Source: Callorhinchus milii (Eukaryota). Taken from it: a DNA stretch of 64,000 nt. The stretch spans positions 130,388,001 to 130,452,000 of the forward strand of contig NW_024704742.1 of NCBI RefSeq assembly GCF_018977255.1. Reading direction: 5' to 3'. The notes below the pieces were generated by a model. That model was not told where the DNA came from and made no database searches. It saw only the letters and a program-made list of their open reading frames with translations. A program made the translations under genes and the position numbers. Shown piece after piece: positions 40,141 to 55,100 of the stretch; within the stretch, counting starts at the first letter, position 1, and every line of letters begins with the position of its first letter.

Positions 40141-41108
40141 AAGAACAACAACAAAATTACATTTGTATAGCGCCTTTCACGTCAGTAGGCATTGGACAGA
40201 CAGAATTTCGGACCCGAGCTGGGGGTCGGGATCGTGGAGTGTGGAGGGCAGGGGAGATTCAGGAAGATCGAAAGCGCGGTCGAAGAGGAGGGTCTTGAGA
40301 TGGGTCTTCATGGAGGCAAGGGAGGCGGCGAGATGGAGGGACTGCGGGATGGAGTTCCAGAGGGTGGGGGCAGAGTAGCAGAAGGCCCGCCCGCCAATGG
40401 TGGGGCGAGCTAGGCAGGGGACATGAAGCAGGCCAGAGCCCTCTGAACGGAGGGAGCGGGCAGGATGGTAGAGGGTTAGGAGGTCGGAGACACAGGGGGG
40501 AGCAAGACCATGGAGGGCTTAGAAGATGAGAACCAGAATCTTGAACTGTATCCTTTGTGTGATGGGAAGCCAGTGCAGTCGGGCAAGGATGGGGTGATAG
40601 GATCACAGAGCCTAGTGCGGGAGAGAACATGGGCTGCAGTGTTCTGGATGATCTATAGCCTGTTGAGGGAGGAGGTGGGGAGGCCGATAAGCAATGAGTT
40701 TGCTTGGACGAGCCTGGATGTAATGAAAGTGTGAATGAGGGTTTCGGCGGCCTGCGGTGTGAGACAATGGCAGAGCTGGCGATGTTGCGGAGGTGGGGGA
40801 AGGCAGAGCGGATCATGGCATAGATGTGGGGTAGAAAGGATAGTTGAGGGTCAAACAAGATGCCAAGGTTCCAGACTGGTTTAGCAAGGTGGAGGGTGCA
40901 ACCACGGACGGTGATGCTGTCAGCACCTGAGGTGTGGAGCGGCTGACGGAAGCCAATCAGGAGAGCCTCGATCTTGTTGACATTCAACTGAAGAAAGTTA
41001 GCTCTCAGCCAGGACTTGATGTCTGACAGACGTTCTGTCAGCACAACAGTGGTCTTGGAGTCAAGGGTGGAGGTAGAGAGGTAGAGTTGGGTGTCATTTG
41101 CATACATG
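40141..41108 (-). mobile_element. L2 LINE 3' ~1 kb
   Basis: HMYANDTQLY (RT YADD motif, mutated), LQLN..K.E and NLGILFD; L2 tail. Confidence 0.93.
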
Positions 41109-41114
41109 TGGAAG

Positions 41115-41693
41115 AACAACAACAAATTACATTTGTATAGCATCTTTCACATTGGAGGACATCCCAAGGCACTGGACAATCAAGGGTTTGCACCGAGCTG
41201 GAGTTTGGGAACAGGAGGGGTGGAGGGCAGGGAGGGTTGGGTTAGCAGGGTGACCAAAAGCGATATCAAAGAGGAGGGTCTTGAGACAGGCCTTGAAGGA
41301 GGCAAGGCAGAAGGCGAGGCAAAGGAAATGTGGGATGGAGTTCGAAAGGATGGGGGCAGAAAGGCTGAAGGCCCAATCCGTTGGGTGGGATGGGCGGGGT
41401 CATGGCACAGGCCGGAGCAAGCGGAGGGAGCAAACAAGTCTTTATGGAGTTTCCAGGTCACAGTAGGGAATAGAAACACCATGGAGGGCTTTACAGGTGA
41501 GGTCGCGGATTTTGAACCCTATCCTCTGAGGGATGAGGAGCCAGTGAAGCCGGGGGAGTATAGGGATGAAAGGGTCATGGAGCCTGGTGCAGGAGAGGAC
41601 ATGAGCTGCAGAGTTCTGAATGATCTGCAGCTTGTGGAGGGAAGAATTGGGAATCCCGACAAGGAGGGAGTTAGCGTAGTCAAGCCTGGATAT
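41115..41693 (-). mobile_element. L2 LINE 3' fragment in tandem with the previous copy
   Basis: RLDY.NS, KLQIIQNSAA and LHWL motifs on the minus strand; L2 tail at 41115-41180. Confidence 0.88.
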
Positions 41694-42103
41694 AATTAAA
41701 ACCTTCCTTTAGACGAATTATTAAGACCAAGGTACCATCTGCCTGTCCAGGTGGTCTTTAAAGATCCCATTGGGCTATTCAAAAAGGGAAGGGAATTTCT
41801 CCCAGTGTCCCTCCTGGGCAAGAGTCCCCTGGATAAATTTGTCGCACATTCCGTGGCTCTTGGCGGAACTTTCCTGCCAGATTCACCTACAAAATCCAGT
41901 CAGAACATTTACACTATATCCTGCAAAGTGCTTTGAGGCATTTGGACTATGTGATAAGGTTCAATATTTAATGCAAGTTTTATTATTGATACCGATTCAC
42001 TGACAAATTTTATATGTATACAGTACAGCCCCAGTTGCCTACTGAAGTAATCTATTAATTTTTCACAGTGCCTCAGGCCATGAGATCCAGATTTCTCTCA
42101 TTT

Positions 42104-42545
42104 AATAATAATCATAATAACCATAACCCTTGCATTTGATGTAGCGCATTATCATCTTGTCAAGACATCTCAAAGTGCTTCATAGGATGTAAAGTGGATT
42201 GACTGTTCATTTTGTGGGCGAAACACGGCAGGCAGATTGCGCACAGCAATGTCCCATAAACAGTAATGCATTGAGTGACCAATTTTTATTCAGGGGATTG
42301 TTAACCAGGACATCAGGAGAAATTGCCTTCTCTTTTCGAATAGTGCTATGGGATTTTAACATCCACCTGATCAGGCACACAGGACCTCAATTTAACATCT
42401 CATATGAAGGACGGCACCTCCGATAATGCAACAACACTGCATTGGAGTTTCATCCTAGACTGTGTGATTCTAAGTCCCGATGTCGGACTTGAACCACAAC
42501 TTTCTGACTCAGAGGCGAGAGAGCTACCACTGCACCACACTGACA
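42104..42545 (-). mobile_element. SINE family B (DeuSINE), full length
   Basis: All modules present. Other copies at ~18525-18985(-), 20300-20700(+), 24905-25320(-), 27370-27660(-), 27700-27970(+), 31890-32240(-), 41705-41990(+), 53325-53665(+), 57055-57320(-) and 62805-63050(+). Confidence 0.9.
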
Positions 42546-43788
42546 ATTTCCACGCTCTGGCTGTCAAAGTGACGAGCTTAAAGGTCTGACACCATGAGGG
42601 TTTTTGGAACTGTTTCTATCTGAGGTCAGCAGCTCTGACTGTACTTTCTAAAGACTTTTAAAGCCATCGATCAGGGCTTTCACAAGAGTAAATGCATCGA
42701 CAGACAGACAGACAGACAGACAGAGAGACAGAGAGACAGAGAGACAGAGAGATAAACAGGCCTCGCCATTCAATTAAATATCTATCTGACTGAACAGAGG
42801 CACAAATAAAACGTGCATTCCTGTGCTTGTTTTGGTTTTATTATGACTTACGTTACTTACGAGGATGTTTGTACAACTGTATAATAATAATAATCCTTAC
42901 GTTTGATACAGCGCCGATCACATCTGGCGGGTGTATCAAAGCGCTTCACGGGAATTTTAACTGCAAACATGTATGCCCCCCCCAAAAAATGTGGTCACTC
43001 AATCCACGACTGTTTGTGGGGACGCTGCTGTGCGCAATTGGCTGCTGCGTTTCACCCGCAAAGTACAGTCAATCCACCGTACAGTATTTTCTGGGAAGCG
43101 CTTTGAGACGTCTCAACGACGTGATAAGGCGCCATATCAAAAGCAAGGATTATTACATAACTACATTACTGTTATAATAGTGACTGTGCATATTGTGTAA
43201 GACCAACTGTGAGAGAACAGCAGCCCACGGTCTGTGAAAGCAATTAAATAAACTGTTTTTTGGGGCTTTTTGGGGGGGAAAAAAATTGGTTTAAAAAAAA
43301 TATCCCCCCGCACCCAAAAAAAGAAGAGTTTGGCAGAACGATGTCCTGAACTCGTCATTAAACCCTTCTTTCTCTCTCGTCGATAGAAGTTTCCGCAAGG
43401 AGCAGTCATCGAGCGAGCGCCGCAGCCCAGGGTTTGCGACGCGCTAAGCTCCCCGAGTGCGCTAAATGGCAAGATTCGCAAAATAGCGAAACCCCCCCCA
43501 AAAAAATGCTTTGCCCAGAAAAAAAAAGTGATCGGGATTCTGCGAAAAAGTGTATGTGATTCTTCCCACATACACTGAGAACTCCAGAGTTTTTTTTGGG
43601 TGGGTGGGTGGGTGGGTGGTGGGTGCTGTTTGGCGAACATCAGATCAACAGAGAAACACAGAAATCTGCCAAGATAAAGCCTTTTAACAGTTTACCAGCA
43701 AAAAAAAAAGTGCTGTCCCTTCTCCTGCATCGCCCTAATGTTGAGCATTAAACCAAGTGAATGAGAAATAGAAATAAACATCACTCAC

Positions 43789-44367
43789 CTCTGTGTGTTA
43801 CTGTGTGATGTTCTCAGCTTCTAGTGTGAATGCTGAATACTTTTCCTTGAATCTCCCCCCCACTTTTCTCCCACCCCCAAACCAATACACCCCCAGGATC
43901 AGGCAATGCAGCTCAGTGCCCACTCAGGGGATTTAAATATAAATCTACACAGTAACATTACATTGAAAACATGCAGCAGCAGCAGCAAAAAAAAATACAC
44001 AGTAGAATTCTTTCCTCCCAACAAAACGTGCAGACTCTTGGATTGCAAGAAAAAAAAACAAGAATACATAAATGGGCAAAAAAAAATAAACCTTTTTGCA
44101 GACAATACACAAAACCAAAAAAAAAAGGTTAATTCCTGTTGAGTTTCAATGGAATAGAGAGGGATGGAGGAGGAGGAGGAGGAGGAGGGGGAGGAGGGGG
44201 AGGAAAAGACAGGACATTGGGGCTGAACTTTCTTTTGGCTCTGAAGCTGTGGGTGGGAATGAGACGAGAAGGTGTGAGTGAGTCCTCTGGAGCTCAGTGC
44301 TGAGGCGCCTCCTGAGCTGCTGTGTGAAGGTAAGTGGCTGCAACCACAGGCGCTGCGGATCCGAACT
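43789..44367 (-). other. Putative non-coding first exon (5' end inferred)
   Basis: Repeat-free, UTR-like sequence ending in perfect donor GAG|GTGAGT (intron starts 43788). Stops occur in all three frames within ~35 nt of the donor, with no ATG after them. Confidence 0.5.
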
Positions 44368-44520
44368 GAGCCCCAGAGCACAGGCGAACCCGCCCACCCG
44401 CTCCTCACGGTGATTGACAGGGCCCAGTAGCCATCCACAGCTCGGGATCGGGCGAGGGGGCGGGGTTGACAGCGCTGGATCCTCCAATGGCCGCAACGCG
44501 AGGGCGGGACTCCCCTGGCC
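44360..44520 (-). promoter_or_regulatory. Intronic CpG-island promoter candidate
   Basis: CpG-rich. GC boxes at ~44389, ~44457 and ~44502. CCAAT at 44484. Minus-strand Inr-like TCAGTTC at 44369-44363. GA-repeat tract upstream (44630-44677). Confidence 0.55.
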
Positions 44521-45084
44521 ATCACTTGTCTGTCTGACTGTCTTGACTGTCTGTCCAGGGAGGGAGAGAGCAAAGAGCAGTGTCTGCTCCACAGTGCACT
44601 GATTGCTTGCTGTCTCCTGTGTCAGGGTGATGGAGAGATAGAGAGAGAGAGAGAGAGGGAAAGAGAGAGAGAGAGAGCGCAGGGGAAGTGATAATGCTTA
44701 GATCAGGCCACTGATTCTTTCCATCCACTTTCATCCTTTTAAGAATTGTGGCTATCCAAGCAATTTTTTTCTCCGTGTTACAGTATCGTCAGATAATATT
44801 CAGGTCCTGTACCAATGTTCGCACCCATGTTATAATAAATAATCTTTGCATTGGATACAGCGCCGCATCACGTAATCGAGACATCTCAAAGCGCTTCACG
44901 GGACACACTGTAAAGTTGATTGACTGCATTATTAGTCGTATCCACCTACAAAATACACAAAATTGCACATAGAATGCCATCTATCCACACACTGTTCAGC
45001 CGCATGATGTGTCATTGCAATGTTGCGCGTGAGCTGCATTGTTAGAGATGCCGTCCTTGGGAAGGCGTTATTTCAAATGATATT

Positions 45085-45436
45085 AATAATAATCCTTGCA
45101 TTTGAGATATCACTTTATCACGTCTTCAAGACGTCTTTATACTGTAAAGTGAATTGACTGTATATTTTGTGGGCGAAACTCGGCAGCCAATTGCGCACAG
45201 CAGTATCCCACAAACAGTCGTAGATTGAAGTGACCAATTATTATTTTTTTGAAGGAATTATATTTCCTCCGGAAAAGTAATCCGCCAATCGACTAACAAC
45301 TGGCATCCTACTTATTGCTAGGTAAACAGAGGTGTGTGGAGTAAGGAAATTTGCCCAGCATTTTGCCCTGTTGGGAATTGAACCCAGGTCTCTTGCTTAT
45401 GAGGCGAATGCTCTAACCACTGAGCTACTGGACTCT
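45085..45436 (-). mobile_element. SINE family A, long form, full length
   Basis: All modules present. Further partial copies at ~3555-3820(-), 8095-8290(-), 29600-29875(+), 32935-33243(+), 38790-39130(-), 42975-43157(+), 49197-49325(+) and 54955-55142(+). Confidence 0.9.
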
Positions 45437-47110
45437 AAATGCAACAATTATGATTATTATCACTGTATTAGCTTGGCTCTTAGCATGCTCACTTCTGGGA
45501 GAAAAGGGTGTGAGTTCAATGTGAATTTAATATCATAATACAGTTGTATACACTGCAGCCCACTAATGGAGAATGGAGAGCTGCCCTTCAGATGAAACAT
45601 TAAACCACGGTCTCCACTGCATCATGGCTGCTATTTCAATAGAGAAAGGAGTGTCTACCCAAGATAAATCGTTTTGAGATCTTTATAACTTATATAGGAG
45701 AGTTCTTTCCTTCAAAATACTTTCTTCCTGGACGTGATGCCTCCGTCTCTTAGAGGTGAGTCCTCAGTCCACAGGGCACAGCCTGGCACAGTAAAATTCC
45801 CCACAGTGAGTCAGTGCCAGGCTTTGCCGTGGTCGTTTAATATATGGAGGCACGAGCTGACACCAACAGGAAATAAACTTTGCTTTGGCTCTGAGACAAT
45901 GAGCTCTGAAAAGGAGAAGTCTCACAGAATATATTGTAAAGTGGATTTATTTATTTATTTATGAAGCAGAATATATTGAATATATACAAAATATATAAGA
46001 ATATATTGTAAGTAGATGTATTTACTTTTTGTTTATCGGTTTGTTTATTTTTTTATTTATTTATGAAACAGCATCTGGTTCAGTGGCTTCTTCCCTCCAA
46101 CATTCTCCTCCTCTCAGTCTCTGCTACTGCTTCACTTTACAAAGATTTACAGAGAATGTACAGGACGGAAACAGGTCAATCAGACCAACCAGTCCCTGCC
46201 AGTGTTTATACTCCACACAAGTCTTCACCCATTCCTTACTCCCTTCCATACCCTTCTATTCACCTCTCCCTCGTGTGAAGTGACATGTGATAAGCTATGA
46301 ACTGTTTTATGTTGATTTCCCTGATAGAAACAAAATTGGTTATTCTCATTATGATCAGCATTTTCTCCTGAAGACACTTCTTTAGGCAAACTGTGCTAAA
46401 TATTGTACAGCCCTCTCGACTTGAAAGGCACTTTCCAAATTGAAGGATTATTATTATTGTATATCAATAACATTCTAAAATATTTTATTTGTAGATTAAT
46501 TTAGGAGGACAGGGGGACAGCACTTGTACTGGGAAATCTTCCAAAAAATCGAGTCATTTAAAGAGTTTGAGTAATAAGCAATCCTGTTTCAGCGCTTTGG
46601 AACGTCCTCCCGACGTGAAAGGAGCTCTATAAATGTAATTTTGTTGTTGTTGTTGTACAAACTATTAAAGTTGTGTCTGGTGTATTACGTGTAATATTAG
46701 TATTGATTCAGGTAAATCCCTATGCTGCCACTGCCTTTTAGTCCTTATTAACGATGCAGATCTTTGTGTTTTATTCTTATCATTTAAGGATTAGTTAATG
46801 TTGTAATGCCTTTAGAAAGATTAATTATGTAGGATATTTCTTCCAACCCTAGATTTATCTTTCCCTGTGTCCAGATGAGCTTTTGGTTACAAATTGGAAT
46901 TTTTTTTTTTGACACACGCGGAAACCCATCACTGTGCTTCAAGTCCAAACCAAACTGAGAGTTTCACGCATCCCACTTACACATGGAGATTCCCAAGATA
47001 TTTATCGAAAAAGAATGCTCATTCTCTCCCTGAAAGGAAGCATCCTGCTTAACTAATCCTGGAGACTATTAGGTGAAGGTTGGCAAGAGCCAAGGCCTGG
47101 GGACCCCAGA

Positions 47111-48331
<1,221 letters not shown>

Positions 48332-49171
48332 TTGCATTTTTATAGGGTTTATATGACTTCAAAACATCAGCAAACATCCAGAACATAATTAATCAAACAT
48401 CAAAACATCATTCAAAACATCAAGCACTTTGAGAGGTCTTCCTGATGTGAAAGGCGCTTTATAAATGTAAATTGTGTTGTATTGTATCAACAGAACATAC
48501 AGTAATTATTTTTAATTACGTTTCAGTGTACTGAATTTTGTAGGCAATTGAGGCAGCCACATTGGTTAATTCTATCTGGAGGTATGTTGGTCAAGACACC
48601 TTTTTGAATAGCTTCAAGGGATCTTCAACGACAACATGAAATTGCATTTATATTGCATCTTTCACGTCGGAGGGATTTTCCCAAGGAGCTGGACAATGAA
48701 GGGTTTACAAGAATGCTTCAAATTGAACCAAACCAACAAGGAGTATGGAAAAGTCTGTGGAAATCTATGTAAAGTGATATGATCTCTTAGGCTAAGTCTA
48801 GGTGGATTTTCAGGCCTCCTGCTTTCATATATGTATTTGTTACTAGCTACTCGTTTTCATAATAGCTATGGTAATATGTGACCACAACCGTGACAGATAT
48901 ATTGGGCATTTTTTTACCTTGGAGATAAATATATCTAAATCTAAATTAATTCAGATAATACAAGGCAGCATTTCTTAAATATTTCAAATAATATTTCACT
49001 CAGATTGACAGCTATAGCATTCACTCACAAACAAAATGGATATAAAATGACATAGAAATATCTGTCTGAAGATGAAATGCATTATCTTTCAAGTATCAAC
49101 AATCAGGATCAACATCACAACATCGATAGATGCTTTATTCATCGAATTAGTGATTGGCTCTTTATTAATGT

Positions 49172-49196
49172 NNNNNNNNNNNNNNNNNNNNNNNNN
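49172..49196. other. Assembly gap (25 N); true length unknown
   Basis: Run of N; the sequence resumes mid-SINE. A single N also occurs at 17129. Confidence 0.99.
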
Positions 49197-52100
49197 TTGG
49201 CTGCCACGTTTCACCGACAAAATATACAGTCAATTCACTTTATAGTATATTTTGTGAAGCGCTTTGAGAAGTCTCGGAGATGTAATAAGGGGCTATATCA
49301 AATGCAAGGATTATTATTATTATTCTCACCCAATATTACTGGATCCCATCCCCCAGCAAAATCGAGTTTAAAGTCTTCATCCTCACTTTTAAAGACCTTC
49401 ATAGTCTTGCTCCCACCCCACCTCTGCGACCTACTAAAAGCTTACCACTGCCCGCTCCCTCGTAGTAGGTTAATATCTTCATGTCACTCCAATATTATGC
49501 AATACTGTAGGTTAACACTAAGCTTCGTCAATACAGAATTTTTCAGTCAAAACTACACAGACTAAAATGCCTATTGAATGATTCACATGGTTTGCAGTAT
49601 CATATCTATCATTTTCAATGACATACATTTACAATTGGTGATCACTTGCTAAAAACACTGAGGCTGCAGTAACTTTGAATCTACCCTCTTTAGCCTACAA
49701 TTTTCAAATATAACAGTATCTGAAAAATATCAAAAGCGAGTTTATTGAACTATATGCCAGCAACTAGCAATTTTTTTTATAAACATCACCAAAGAGGAAG
49801 TGAGATTACATTCTATTGTATAGACCGTCAAATAGACACTGCTTTTACATTATAGTCTGGTTTCTTGAGACCTCCTTCGTACCTAGCCTAATTCTCTACT
49901 TTCACCTCATCTTGATCTCCTCTTCAACTTTGAAGTCACTCTCTTCTCCGTGGTTGTCTGCTGTAAGATCTAGAGCTCATGAATGAGTGGGAGTGGTGGC
50001 AAACTCAGTGTAGTTATACTGCTTTGGAGTGGTCATGCACACAAAAATCACATGGAGCCAACCTGCTGGTCAGATAGAAAAAGCACAAAATGTACTCTGC
50101 CTCCAATAAAACGGTAATTTAAAATACACTATAAAACATTTCAGGCAAGGATTTTGTAATCTCTCAGTTTACGTATTCTAAATTTGTTCAATTTGTCAAA
50201 GTGAAGCCAACAGTATATCAACTCTGCTTGTCCAGCAGCACACTGCATTTAACCAGGTCAAAAACTGTGCTTCACTCATTGAATGGAAGGCTATATGTAG
50301 TAATAATAATTATAATGATCCTGCATTTGATATAGTCTCAAAGTGCTGCACAGAATATACTGTAAAAGTGAATTGCCTGTATATTTTGTGGGTGAAAGAA
50401 GGTCTCCACGGTAAATTATATGTAGCAGTGCAAACAAAGGAGGGAAGACAGGAAGCTGCATAACAATAGTCAGCACCAAAAATTAAAGATGTATTAATAA
50501 GACGTGCATCTGATTCTCTTCTCTCTGCCCCCCACCTCTCCCCATTAAATGGAACCGTATCAAGTGATTTACACAACATTTAAATGAAACCCACGCATCA
50601 AATTGTTCCTTTATGCACCTGCACCCAAAAAGCTTATTACAGGAAGCAAAGGATGCCTTGCTCATTGAACATTTACAGAGCTCCTCCATGGATGGTTTGA
50701 AACGTTCAATGGTAATACTGTATTTTCCTTCATGGTAAATCAAGTGGCTTTATTTCCATGAAAAGTACTCAGGAAAGACGGATGCATTAAATTTAATTTC
50801 TGCTCTGTAAATGCACTTCAAATTGTTCTAAGATCATTTTGACGCAACAAAAGCTTTTTGGATAAGACATCAGTAAAATACAGTAACACAGCTACAGGGT
50901 GCAACCTGTGCTGCTCGACTCTCATCCAAGGTTTTTCTCTCTGCATTAATAAGCCGAACACCATAAAAGTATGGAAACAATAAAATGAACACATATAAAA
51001 AAAAACCGATTTTGTGGTCCCAGGGGTCAAGTCATTTTGTACCAATTGAAATGAATAATATACAATGATATTCAACAATAATGTAATTATCCTCACATTT
51101 GGTTAAGTGAGTTTCACGTTGGGAGGATGTCTCATGCACTTCACAGGATACACTGTAAAGTGTAGTGACTGTGTGTTGTGTGGTTCAATGCAAGAGAGAC
51201 ATGTACACCTAAGGGAGACATTTTGGAACCTGATAAGATCGTTGCCAAATCCAATTCACATGATTCTGCAAACTATGAGGATTCTAAATACTCAGAGCAG
51301 TAACAATGCAGTTGACCTTCATTCTGGGATTGCTTACATCTGTGTGTGTGTGTACGTGTGTGTGTACGTGCGTGTGTGGGGGGCAGCTGATACTTAAACC
51401 AGCCGATTGCATAATGGAGATCATTATCAATAGAAGCTCTTGATGATTTGAAGGCGTGGGTGGGGGTGCAGACTAAACAATCCGGTTAAGAAAATTCACA
51501 AATTTAAGAAATTCACAAAGGTGCTTTGTGAGTAACTGACTAACTTTTCCAAAACACTGATAAATCAATGTCCAGTTGGCTTTTGATGACGGTCTGGCCT
51601 TCAGCCTCTCTGCCCTCACCCTTTGGAACTCCATCCCACATTCCCTTTGCCTTGCTCCCTCTTTAAGGCACATCTCAAAACCTTCCTCTCCAACAAATCC
51701 TTCGGCCACCCGCCTACCATCCCTGCCCTTCACCCTCCCTAAAATCAATTGGGAACGATTCACTAGCACTTCAATATTCCATGTCATGAAGTGCCATAGG
51801 CTCATATCTGCGATTTTCAGATAGCGGGTTTGAAAACTCAGCCCAACTTCAGTGTGTTGGAGGAGGGTACGCCATCATTCTAGACTACTCTCAGAGACCT
51901 CCTACCTGCTGGTTATGACAGCAGCATGTGTATTTGTCAAGGCCTGGAAGGAGCTTGCCTGCCTGCCCAAGAGATCTAGAAATAGAGAACACAAGTTTCA
52001 AAATAAAGATCAACCCCCCCCCCCCCCGCCACTGAACTCAAATATACACTGCTCCTTGAAATTAAAGTGTTGCCCCCACCGCCACCCCTCTATTCAGCTT

Positions 52101-55100
52101 TAACAGCAAATCTGCAAGGACAAAGAGCTTATACATTGTGAAACACAGTGAACAAGACAGTGCAATGTCCAGAAATGCTATCCATATCAGTGCCATCAGC
52201 GTTTTGCCCACAAAATATACAGTCACTACAACAACAAATTACATTTGTATAGTGCCTTTCACGTAAGTGGATTCCTCCAGGCACGGGACAGTCAGGGATC
52301 CACACCCGAGCTGGTGGTTGGGATCAGGAGGGGTGAAGTGCGGGGGTAGGAGGATGACCGAAGGCACGGTTGAAGAGCATACATATAAGATGTCTCAAAG
52401 ACATGATAAGGTACTATATCAAATGCAGGGATTATTATTATGTGCCAATTAACCTTGTGGATTTTAATGATTTGAATGAGTAGCATTATCTGCATGTATT
52501 TAGGATGTGTAAAATCCTTACATCATACATAGGGGAATTTGCTAAGAGCTCAGCAGGTCTCAGGTGAGAATACTGAATGGACAATTTCACACACTCCTTA
52601 GGTTCAAAGAGTACAGACATCATGAAGTCAGAGAATGAATCAGTGTCCCTGAGAAAATAAGTGTCTAATGACCTCACAGTCACCAGCTGTGTTCAATCAT
52701 CTGAGTGTCTTACCAACACCACATTCAATTGGAAGTATCAAATAAAGTTATTACTGGATAAAAATAAAGCATTAAGGGAAATGTCCTGCCCAATCACAGA
52801 TTGAAAACACGTTAAATAAAATCAAACAATTTCCAGATCCAGGCAAATTGTGGCTTGGGGAATTTACATAAAACATACTGTTTTTCTAACCATTATTTAC
52901 GTTAAGGTGTCCAAAACTGGTTCAGATAGAATTATAATTTTGGGGGGTGGTCGGGATAAAAAGAATAGTCAGCTTTCAGTTCCACTTCTGATCATTGTCT
53001 AGTGACCTTTGCTAGACCATGCGAGTCGCTAGCAAATCATTCTGAATCACTTAGCAGCAATGTCACCCGCTCGCAGTCTGTTAAAAACAAAAAATTCTTG
53101 AACCTTAATAAACAAAAATGAAAATCATGCAGCAACAAAAACAGGAAAAACGTTTCACACAAATTAAAACAAAAGATATGCTTAGCTGTGACCTCCAAAG
53201 CCTCAGAGATAATGATTGCAAGTAATTTGCTTCTGCCTAAAATTCAAAAATGCTAAATCTAAACAATGCATAATTCAACAGATTAACCTAATATGACCAT
53301 TCAATTCAGCAATTTCTTGTGGCGCCTCAGCTTGGCTCAGCTGGTACCACTCTCGCCTCCGAGTCACAAGGCTGTGGGTTCAAGGCCCACGTTGGGGTGT
53401 GAAACTCACAGTGTTTAAGCCGGGGGCGTGCTGGATTGTTGGAGATGCCGTCCTTCAGGGTGAGACGTTAAACTAAAATCCCATCTGCCTGCCCAGGTGA
53501 ACATTAAAGATACCATGGCACGATTCGGAAAAAAAAGGGAATGGCCAACCATCCCCCAAATCAAATTGGTCATTCAATCCATTGCTATTTGGGGGACACT
53601 GTTGTGCGCAAATTGGCTGCAGCATTCGCTCACAAAATACAGTCCTGTGAAGCACTTTGAAATGTGTCCCGAAATGTCCCTAATGTCAATTGTAAAAGAT
53701 ACAGTAAACACCAGTAAATTTCAGATGCTTGCTGCTGGCACAGATCAACTGTGTTTACATAATATTCTAGATTATATAAAATGATTCATTTTCAATCAGC
53801 ATCTCTTTCTTGATTATTAATTTTAGTTACCAACTGGCAAATTATTGATAGGTCTAAAGGCTCTTTCAAGATGGAGCCTCTCTCAGTTTATTGACTGTAA
53901 CCATATGAATGCTGTTGGTCCTGAGCAGCGTTCAGAACGCATCTGTTAATTTATACAAGTTTCATTTCTCAAGTCAGCTGTAGGAACCAACTGAACACTT
54001 TCAGAGAATTGCCCTGAGGAAGCGTTCCATTTTTATGTTTCAATATAGAAATAATCAAACCAAATTTACACCCAAATTCAAATGAATTGCCCTTTCATCC
54101 CATTGTTGTTTATGGGTTGCTGTTGATGCAGATTTGCTGCAGGCATTGGCTTGACATTCATTTCAAATCAATTATATTTTATAAAGTGCTTCAGGACATG
54201 TAATGTGAAAGGTGCCATATTAACATCTAAATGAGTTCCTTTTGTCAATTCTTCAAAAAGTTTTTTTATGGAACAACAACTTGCACTTATATAGCGCCCC
54301 TCACTCAGGCTAGCGTCCAGAGCGCTTGACAGTGGAAGAGCACAACCCTGAGCCAGGAGGGTGTGACCATAGGCACAATCGAAGAGGATGGTCTTCAAGC
54401 ATTGAACAGCAATTTATGCTTTGCATATAGTAACCTTCTCCCAAGGTTAGCCCAAAAAAAGTCGCAAAAACAACAACAAGATTACATTTGTAAAGCGCCT
54501 TTAACGTCAGGAGGACGTACCAAAGGAGCTGGAGAGTGTACAGCATTTCAGACCCAAGATGGGGTCAGGGAGGGAGAAGGGAGGGGAAGAGAAGGGGGAT
54601 GACCAATGCCACGGTCACTCAATTTTCTGATCGTCTTGAAACCAGATTAGATTGTGTTAAGACCTTTTTGGAGCTTGCATGTTCATGTGACAAAAAAAAA
54701 GTTTTATTTTGGCGAGCAGGGTAACTGACAGATGCAGAAAACCATTCAGACCACTGTCTGGTAAGCTTCCTGCTGTTTGTCCAGCTGAGACCACCCTTCT
54801 AGTCTGGGCATTGCAAGGTTAACAGGAGCTGAGTGGGAAGATTCACTGCTCCCAGCAGTCTGCCCCTCCAGATCCTTGCAGATGAGCTGGCCTGGTTGGT
54901 CTGACAACACCAGTGCCCTAGAGTACTTTTATTAATTTTAAATAATTAAAATAATAATTCGGCCACTCAATTCACAAATGTTTGTGAGACACTGCTGTGT
55001 GGAAATGGCTGCTGCATTTCGCCCCACAAAATATATGGTCAATTCGCTTTAGAGTGCATTCTGTGAAGCGCTTTGAGATGTCTCAACGACGTGCTAAGGC

